This document shows positions 26,320 through 32,000 of a stretch of 32,000 nt of DNA, piece by piece. The position numbers were made by a program, and so were the translations under genes. The notes beneath the pieces are model-generated. The model was given only the letters and a program-made list of their open reading frames with translations, did no database searches and was not told where the DNA came from. The stretch's first letter is position 1. Each line of letters begins with the position of its first letter. Source of the DNA: Synechococcus sp. A15-24 (lineage in GTDB: Bacteria; Cyanobacteriota; Cyanobacteriia; PCC-6307; Cyanobiaceae); assembly GCF_014280195.1 (NCBI RefSeq), contig NZ_CP047960.1, positions 90,001 to 122,000 on the forward strand, written 5' to 3'.

Positions 26320-26434
26320 CATGCTCATCTAGTCGTGCGGGATACATCCCTCCGACCGACCCGCGGATGTAGCTCAGTGGTAGAGCATCTCCTTGCCAAG
26401 GAGAGGGCCGAGAGTTCGAATCTCTTCATCCGCT
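26320..26434 (+). repeat. direct repeat copy 2: 43-nt leader/promoter region + tRNA-Gly
   Basis: See copy 1. The repeats bracket 1133 nt (25230..26362). Confidence 0.85.
26363..26434 (+). tRNA. tRNA-Gly (anticodon GCC), second copy
   Basis: Identical to 25158..25229 except for one variable-loop base (GGGCC vs GGGTC). Confidence 0.9.
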
Positions 26435-26583
26435 TAAATACCACAAGCATTCTTTGAGTTATGTTTGTCTGAATTAATCAGAAGGATGAATTTTGTTGTC
26501 ATTCATAAATATTTAGTCGTGCAATTTATTTACTCTGCTTATTTACTCTGCTGCTTTTGATTGACTTAGTGTGCTTAATGTTT

Positions 26584-26640
26584 CTGACAAATTAATTGCA
26601 TAAGATGGTGAATGCTGATTAATTCTGTCAGCTTTTTGTG
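26584..26640 (+). terminator. possible intrinsic terminator hairpin
   Basis: ctgacaaattaatt (26584-26597) pairs with gattaattctgtcag (26617-26631), giving about 13-14 bp with one bulged C and a 19-nt loop. It is followed by cTTTTTgtg. The stem is AT-rich, so stability is uncertain. Confidence 0.25.
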
Positions 26641-26812
26641 AATTTGTCTACCAGTCCTTAGTGCGCAAGTCTTTGTAGAGTGCTTTAAATGGCTGCAAAT
26701 TCGATTTTGGAAATAGATATCAAGTAGCTAGCTTATTTGGATAATATAGAACTGCAAATCTCAATAAATTATAATTATAGGTTCTTTCCATCTTGGCAAG
26801 AAATGTATATTG

Positions 26813-27865
26813 TTATTGGTTTAAATGCGTAAATTGATTAATTTTGATTGACGGATACCAGTGAGGATGAGAACCTTTCCAGCGCCAATCATAGACATCG
26901 CCAAGGTGTAACTGTACTGGTATTCCACTACCAGCCGCTAAATGTGCGACAGCAGTATCGACACTATGGACAATTTTGCATGTGCTTATTCTATAAAGAG
27001 TGTCGATCCAATTTAATGTAGGCGGATTTAAATTGTATTTTTTGTGTTCCGCCTGTTCATTTGCTTGTAGGCTTAAATATTTTTCTCTCTCATTCCCTTC
27101 GGAAATTTTTGCGTCGTTGATTAGATTATTAAGAGATTTGCTTTTATATTTAAACATTGTCTTATCATTGGAATTGCTTTCCCAGCATAGTCCAATTTTT
27201 TTTTGCATAAGTGAAGGCAGATTCCAGGTCAATTCAGCAAATTCTTTCCCCCAAGTTGTTTCCGGATCGACGACCCCAATTAAACTCATAAGAGGAATAT
27301 GTTGACTTTGTTTATGCAGAGGCATTATTGAATCCCGATCCACTATCCCATCAATTTCCCAGCAAAGGTGCTCTCTAAAAATATTAAGTTGGCTTTTATC
27401 AACAGCAAAGATTACTTTTTCTCCCCTTTGCTTTAATAACTTTGTGTAGCGTACAAACTGGAAAGCATCGCCTATACCCACGTCATTCCAAATGATTAAA
27501 GGTTTTCCATTGAGTGCATCACCTCGCCATTGATTTTTTTCAAAATCTTCCCCTTTAAACCTTTTTCCATGGTGACGCCACCCTAGTTCCCATTCCCCTC
27601 TCCATAAATGGACAAAACCAAGGTTTTTATACGCAGCTCTTTTTGTTTTAATGTCGCTAGACTTTAATGCGCGCCTATAACAGCGTTCTGCCTTATAATC
27701 TAATCCTGATTGCATAAAAGCTAGGCCTAGATTCACTAATATTCCAACCTCGTCAGCCCAGTTCAAATAACTGTCTTTAAGTAAACTTATTGCATTAGTG
27801 AGATCGCCGTCTTCGAATGACTTTAATCCTGCTGAGTTTAGCTTTGCAGCTAGTTCGTGGTTCAT
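26813..27865 (-). CDS. TPR-repeat protein with glycosyltransferase family 9 (heptosyltransferase)-like C-terminal region
   Basis: The N-terminus has TPR-like helices (AISLLKDSY..., AERCYRRALK). WRGDALNGKPLIIWNDVGIGDAFQFVRYTKLLKQRG and SVDTAVAHLAAGSGIPV match the G-x-GD / DT..aHLA blocks seen in TPR-GT9-like proteins. Confidence 0.55.
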   Translation of the reverse strand: MNHELAAKLNSAGLKSFEDGDLTNAISLLKDSYLNWADEVGILVNLGLAFMQSGLDYKAERCYRRALKSSDIKTKRAAYKNLGFVHLWRGEWELGWRHHGKRFKGEDFEKNQWRGDALNGKPLIIWNDVGIGDAFQFVRYTKLLKQRGEKVIFAVDKSQLNIFREHLCWEIDGIVDRDSIMPLHKQSQHIPLMSLIGVVDPETTWGKEFAELTWNLPSLMQKKIGLCWESNSNDKTMFKYKSKSLNNLINDAKISEGNEREKYLSLQANEQAEHKKYNLNPPTLNWIDTLYRISTCKIVHSVDTAVAHLAAGSGIPVQLHLGDVYDWRWKGSHPHWYPSIKINQFTHLNQ

Positions 27866-27867
27866 GA

Positions 27868-29115
27868 CTAGTTGATTTCAAGTGATTCACCTGTAATTTC
27901 GTTGATAACATTCAACTGCTTGGATAAACATGTCTTTAAATCGTATTTAGATTCAATTATTTTTTGCCTTGCAGCTTTCTTCAAAAAGTGTCGATGTTCA
28001 CTATTTCTGATTAATTCATCGACTCTCGCCGCCATTCCATCTATATCAAAGAAATCTACTAAGATACCATTTGATCCAGATGCAATAGCTTCTTTTACAG
28101 GATCGGTGTTGCTAGCTACGACACAACATCCTGTACTTAAGGATTCAAATAGGCTCCAGCTTGCTATAAATGGAATGGTCCAATAAATATGAACCCAGCT
28201 AAACTGCAAAACACTTAGGTAATCTTCATAGCTTAGAGGAGGTAAAAAGTGAAGACGCTTTTCGTCATAATTAAATGTCTCGAAGGCCCATTGCCTCCAT
28301 GTTTTTCCATCCGCTCGCTTACTGCCATAGGCGACTTCGTCCGAGCCAACTAAAAGAACATTAACTTGAGGATTGCGCTGCATTAACAAACTGATTCCCT
28401 CAGCAACCTTTGGCCAACCTCTGTATGGCTCAAAACCTCTGGTTGTATAAGTCACTAAAGGTATATCCGCGTCTATTTTCACCCCGTTTATGGTTATTCC
28501 CATGCCTAAGTCATCGGTTTTCAACGGTTTAAATAGATCAACGTCGACACCATCAAAGATTACGTCAAAAAATTGATGATGTTTTTTTGGAAATTGCTTT
28601 TGTTGCCAGTATGTGGGTACAATAGCCCTGTCACACATTGCAAGATCCATCAAGATTGGTGCATTGTATGTGTGGATTCGGCATGCCATATCTGGGCTTG
28701 TTTTCTCTAATTTGCCAAAACCCACGTCTGATCCCTGGCTTTTGTAAAACCACTCAAAGTAACCTAAGAACTTTGCGTTTGGCCACAACTCCTTTAGATA
28801 CAGCGTTGATCCAAAGCCAGAATGTCCAATGATTAAATCTGGTATGAAACCATCTTCATTTAACCGCATGGCAGCTCTTAAGCATCCTTGGCCTGTAAGA
28901 ACCGCTTTTTCGAATCTTTTGAGATTAGGGTGACATAATTTTTCATTACTATCTCGAGAGATAGTAAATTTGACAAGGTTGCTTGCCTTAATATCTAAAT
29001 TCCATTCGCCGCCTAGGGCCAGAAACTTTATGTTGAAATCAGTATTCGCCGATAACCATTTGTACAGATGCCTGAATTGTGCAGGAAAATTATTATGTGC
29101 AAAGAGAATGTTCAC
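27868..29115 (-). CDS. glycosyltransferase, GT-B fold (GT4/group 1-like)
   Basis: MNILFAHNNFPAQFRHL N-terminus, HSGFGSTLYLK, and the C-terminal FESLSTGCCVVASNTDPVKEAI (E..s...EA...G..VV.s-like). Confidence 0.65.
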   Translation of the reverse strand: MNILFAHNNFPAQFRHLYKWLSANTDFNIKFLALGGEWNLDIKASNLVKFTISRDSNEKLCHPNLKRFEKAVLTGQGCLRAAMRLNEDGFIPDLIIGHSGFGSTLYLKELWPNAKFLGYFEWFYKSQGSDVGFGKLEKTSPDMACRIHTYNAPILMDLAMCDRAIVPTYWQQKQFPKKHHQFFDVIFDGVDVDLFKPLKTDDLGMGITINGVKIDADIPLVTYTTRGFEPYRGWPKVAEGISLLMQRNPQVNVLLVGSDEVAYGSKRADGKTWRQWAFETFNYDEKRLHFLPPLSYEDYLSVLQFSWVHIYWTIPFIASWSLFESLSTGCCVVASNTDPVKEAIASGSNGILVDFFDIDGMAARVDELIRNSEHRHFLKKAARQKIIESKYDLKTCLSKQLNVINEITGESLEIN

Positions 29116-29117
29116 GC

Positions 29118-29360
29118 TTAATGTGCGGCAATACTTTCGTAACGTTTGTATCCATCAATGAACCACGCTGGAAGATTTTGTTCTGGGTTGGCAATTTTAA
29201 CGCTGCCTGGCTTATTGAATAAAAGCGCTGCAGCAAATCTCTGAATACCTCCCTCCTGTTTCAAGCTATTTGGCGTCGTAGTAAGCCAACTCTGTATAGT
29301 ATCTCTTAAAACGACTTCATCAGAATTCAGGTTCTCATTTTGGATGCCACTCTGGGCCAT
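29118..29360 (-). CDS. hypothetical protein (possibly the C-terminal part of a frameshifted longer gene)
   Basis: 80-aa ORF 2 nt upstream of the GT gene. Its frame stays open a further 26 codons upstream, to 29438, overlapping the end of 29402..29995. It shares the motif LL..(K)PGS.K.......LP.W....Y with the upstream ORF. Confidence 0.4.
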   Translation of the reverse strand: MAQSGIQNENLNSDEVVLRDTIQSWLTTTPNSLKQEGGIQRFAAALLFNKPGSVKIANPEQNLPAWFIDGYKRYESIAAH

Positions 29361-29401
29361 AGCCCAGAATCTGTCTCCAAAATCGGCTTGAAAATGCCTC
29401 G

Positions 29402-29995
29402 CTAGGATTTCAGATGACGTCTCAACCCAACCATTAATCTAACGCATTCAGATCTAACTTGTTTAAGCTCGTCCGAGATTTCTTTGTCCTCTGGATCAAT
29501 GTAATACAAATTTGATAATCCTAATATTCGATTTAGAAAAATACGATTATCAAAATCTATTTTTTCGTCATCAATGCTTGATACGGCATACTGTTGTGAT
29601 TTTATCACCGAATCGTTTCGCTTCGAGTAAATTTCGTACAACCATTGAGGAAGTTTTGAGGCAGCATCCTCTACTTTCATTGAACCGGGAGCATATAATA
29701 GCATTAAACACAGTAAAAGTTGCTGACCTTCAGAGGATTCAACCCCAGCAACACGCAATTTTGTACTTAATTCATCTCTCAATGTCGAAAGTTTTGCATC
29801 GAGTTTACAAGTGATAGACTTATCCAGAACTATTTTATACACTCTGCCTAAAGGACTATTGATCAACGCTTCCACAAAATCCACCGGCGCTGCTTCAAGG
29901 AATTTTATAAGGTTATATTTTGATTCAAATGCTGATTCTTCGTTAAAACTGACCTGGCCACAAAGTTGCTCTAAATGATTTAGACTCCAGAACAT
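29402..29995 (-). CDS. hypothetical protein; first gene of the low-GC glycosyltransferase operon
   Basis: 197-aa ORF with an ATG start. I recognised no catalytic motif. It contains LMLLYAPGSMKVEDAASKLPQWLYEIYSK, which parallels ALLFNKPGSVKIANPEQNLPAWFIDGYKR in the next ORF. Confidence 0.45.
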   Translation of the reverse strand: MFWSLNHLEQLCGQVSFNEESAFESKYNLIKFLEAAPVDFVEALINSPLGRVYKIVLDKSITCKLDAKLSTLRDELSTKLRVAGVESSEGQQLLLCLMLLYAPGSMKVEDAASKLPQWLYEIYSKRNDSVIKSQQYAVSSIDDEKIDFDNRIFLNRILGLSNLYYIDPEDKEISDELKQVRSECVRLMVGLRRHLKS

Positions 29996-30169
29996 TTGAA
30001 TTGGTTGCGAATAACCCGATAGTACAACAACGCGTTAATGGTTCGTTTGTACTGCTCTATGGCATGTGGGGTTGGGCGACTTTTGAAATAGTTTTCTTTA
30101 ATAAAGTCGGGGCAATGACTACAGCGGTAAATTGCTAATTTCAACGATAACTTATAAAGTTAAGGTTTC

Positions 30170-30199
30170 TTGACTATATGTTTTGCTTTGGGTTATACT
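30170..30199 (+). promoter_or_regulatory. sigma70-type promoter (TTGACT - 18 nt - TATACT) for the repeat-protein gene
   Basis: TTGACT at 30170-30175 and TATACT at 30194-30199, with an 18-nt spacer. The predicted TSS is near 30206, about 240 nt upstream of the ATG at 30445. Confidence 0.5.
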
Positions 30200-30444
30200 G
30201 AAGAGTTAATGTCAGGCAATTCAAAGGCTGTGGCTGACGAGATTTTCGCGCTCCTGACGTGCCTGGACAATCGAGTCTGCTGCCCCCCGTTGGTCAGCTC
30301 CCTGGACTGGCCCTCAGTTGATTGACGAACCGGACTCTTGCCTATATCTTCCTGATGTGACCTTGTGTCCGTGTCTCCAAGCCGTAGAGGCTTGAGACTT
30401 GTTCACCAAGCCTCTTCCGGCCCCACGGCTCAACTCTCTCTTCC

Positions 30445-32000
30445 ATGGCCTTTAACAGCACCATCACAGGATCGAGCACTGGGGATACCCTGCTCGGAAC
30501 CGATTCAGACCAGTACATCGCTGGCGGATCTTCCGCCGATAGTATTTCTGTATCAATTGGATACACAGGCGTTTCAGTTCAAGCTGCTGCCGGAGACGAC
30601 ACCATCCGTGCTCTCGGAGCTACCTCCACACTCAAAGGTGGCAGCGGTGCTGACAGCATCTACCTGACATCAGCGCTCGACAGTTCCAATATTGCGTCTA
30701 ACACTGGTAACGACTCGATTCAGCTATTCGCTACCGCTTCCAGTTCCAAAATTTGGCTGGGCTCTGGTGCTGACTCCCTCCGCGTCGCAGCCAAAGGAAC
30801 TGATCTCACGATCAAGGCAGGTACTGAGGCAGATACCATTTCATTTGCCCTAGATCAAACTTCCATCTATCTGGACGGAGAAGCAGGGGACGACATTGTT
30901 CACTTCGCTGAAGGCCTGACTACTGGAACCCTTTTGGGCGGCAGTGGAGCCGACAGTCTTTATCTGGATGATCCGTCCACAAACGTCAGCTTGGGCGGTG
31001 GTGATGACGATGAAGCCGATACTTTCCATCTTGCTGACACAGCCACTTCTGTCAGCATTTCTGCGGGCAGTGGCGCCGATAGCATTTTGCTTGCAGGTGG
31101 CGTCGCAGGATCTGGTCAGGTTTTAACCGGCGCTGGCAACGATACGGTTCAGGTCACAGGCACCCTGATCTCTACTTCGCTCACTGGAAATGATGGCGAT
31201 GATTTCGTCAGCATCAGCGGAAAGGCGAATTCCAGCACCCTGAAAGGTAATTCAGGTGCTGACACCATCATTATCAGCAGTGGTGGTACCGCCACGAACA
31301 TTGCCACCAACATTGGCGATGACTCGATCTCTATTGGCTCCAAGCTGACCGGGTCCAAGATCTGGGGCGGAAGCGGCTCCGACACCATCACCATTGCAAC
31401 ACTGAGTTCTGGTGTTGTTGGTGGTCAGCAAGGCGCCGACCTTGTTGTTGCTTCAAAAATTGTTTCTTCAAATGTTCAGCTCGCTGTTTCGGATGAAGGC
31501 AGTTCACTCAAAGACACTCTTTCCGTTTCTGGATTAGTTAGTAATTCCACCATTCTTTCCAGCGATGGTGACGATTCTATTAGTCTTGGAACCCTTGCCG
31601 GTGGTACCACCACCCTTCTCGATGGAGGAGATACTCTGATTGTTGGCAGCAGCCTTGGTGGCGTTATCAACATGGGTGACGGTGCTGATTTGGTTAGTGC
31701 GGCAGGTTCCGTCAGTGCTGGCACATTGATGGGCGGTAGCGGAGCTGACAGTTTCACCTTGGGTGGCGCAGCCGCAACTTCAAGTGTTGTTGGTGGTTTT
31801 GGTGCTGACACCATCCAAATTGATGGTTCTGTTAAGTCAGCGACTATCCGTGGCGGTGATGCTGCAACACCAGGTAGTGAGCTTGATGGAAACGACACAA
31901 TCACTATTAGTGGTTCCGTTTCTGCTTCCAAGATCATCACTAACGTTGGTGCCGATTCTCTGGTAATCAACTCAGCGGCTATTAATTCCACAATGTTTGG
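30445..32000 (+). CDS. large repetitive cell-surface/secreted protein with degenerate GGxGxD-type (RTX/beta-roll-like) ~19-21-aa repeats (partial; continues beyond the right edge)
   Basis: Hand-translated from ATG 30445 (MAFNSTITGSSTGDTLLGTDSDQYIAGGSSADSI...). An in-frame stop lies upstream at 30385-30387 and there is no stop to position 32000 (518 codons). The motif G-x-(S/A)-G-x-D-(S/T)-(I/L) recurs, e.g. GGSGADSIYL, LGSGADSLRV, GGSGADSLYL, AGSGADSILL, GNSGADTIII, GGSGSDTITI, GGSGADSFTL. It is absent from the track because it is open-ended. Confidence 0.75.
   Translation, partial: MAFNSTITGSSTGDTLLGTDSDQYIAGGSSADSISVSIGYTGVSVQAAAGDDTIRALGATSTLKGGSGADSIYLTSALDSSNIASNTGNDSIQLFATASSSKIWLGSGADSLRVAAKGTDLTIKAGTEADTISFALDQTSIYLDGEAGDDIVHFAEGLTTGTLLGGSGADSLYLDDPSTNVSLGGGDDDEADTFHLADTATSVSISAGSGADSILLAGGVAGSGQVLTGAGNDTVQVTGTLISTSLTGNDGDDFVSISGKANSSTLKGNSGADTIIISSGGTATNIATNIGDDSISIGSKLTGSKIWGGSGSDTITIATLSSGVVGGQQGADLVVASKIVSSNVQLAVSDEGSSLKDTLSVSGLVSNSTILSSDGDDSISLGTLAGGTTTLLDGGDTLIVGSSLGGVINMGDGADLVSAAGSVSAGTLMGGSGADSFTLGGAAATSSVVGGFGADTIQIDGSVKSATIRGGDAATPGSELDGNDTITISGSVSASKIITNVGADSLVINSAAINSTMF

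Noticed and set aside
25230-26362. Multiple overlapping ORFs between the tRNA copies (e.g. 25345..25689, 25293..25517, 25366..25584, 25662..25910, 25996..26457), considered as genes. The duplicated tRNAs were also considered as attL/attR of an intact prophage or integrative element.
   Set aside because: The ORFs overlap each other on both strands in about 58-60% GC DNA, and one runs through the tRNA. None shows a motif except the PemK-like frame reported separately. No integrase, excisionase or phage gene is present, and the repeats include the full tRNA plus its upstream leader rather than a 3' fragment.
26527-26552. A 13-nt tandem direct repeat (tatttactctgct x2), considered as a CRISPR or other repeat array.
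   Set aside because: There are only two adjacent copies with no spacers. It more likely reflects a slippage duplication in AT-rich intergenic DNA.
29996-30169. A search for the promoter of the minus-strand glycosyltransferase operon, with a candidate TACTAT -10 at 30024..30019.
   Set aside because: No acceptable -35 lies at 16-19 nt spacing, so I cannot support a specific call. A promoter must exist somewhere in this region.
31149-31991. Minus-strand ORFs 31149..31394 and 31476..31991.
   Set aside because: They are antisense shadows of the repeat-protein gene. Gly/Ser/Asp-rich repeats avoid stop codons on the opposite strand, and their translations are low-complexity Pro/Ser/Leu/Val strings.

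Overview
This 32-kb window looks like a cell-surface glycan (LPS/O-antigen or capsule type) biosynthesis island with strongly mosaic base composition. A marine picocyanobacterium-like host is my inference. It rests on backbone blocks of roughly 52-60% GC, two HIP1 octamers (GCGATCGC at 15698 and 21446), starts without obvious Shine-Dalgarno sites, and a large repeat-protein gene.

Layout, left to right:
(i) A partial minus-strand gene at 1-1493. It is missing from the ORF track because it runs off the left edge.
(ii) Thirteen co-directional, mostly overlapping plus-strand genes at 1545-12824. They are low GC and encode sugar-modifying enzymes: two Fe(II)/2OG oxygenases, two C-methyltransferase-like proteins, a WbuC-like cupin, a formyltransferase-like protein, a DegT-type and a class III aminotransferase, a Glf-like flavoprotein and two SDRs. 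The coding strand is unusually pyrimidine-rich and the proteins are Ser/Leu-rich and Lys-poor.
(iii) Fourteen co-directional minus-strand genes from 24988 down to 12817. They encode an NDP-heptose pathway (GmhA, GmhB, a kinase/nucleotidyltransferase fusion, a second nucleotidyltransferase), tailoring SDRs, a split transketolase, an LhgO-like flavoprotein, a methyltransferase, a second oxygenase + small-protein pair, a HAD hydrolase and a kinase. This array is assembled from alternating high- and low-GC blocks.
(iv) Two near-identical tRNA-Gly(GCC) genes with their leaders. They bracket 1.1 kb of high-GC DNA that carries a degenerate MazEF-like module.
(v) A low-GC glycosyltransferase operon from 29995 down to 26813.
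(vi) A sigma70-type promoter, a roughly 240-nt 5' UTR and the first 518 codons of a large beta-roll-like repeat protein that runs off the right edge.

I saw no rRNA, CRISPR array, transposase or integrase. All functional calls are motif-level recognition by eye; no database search or folding program was run.
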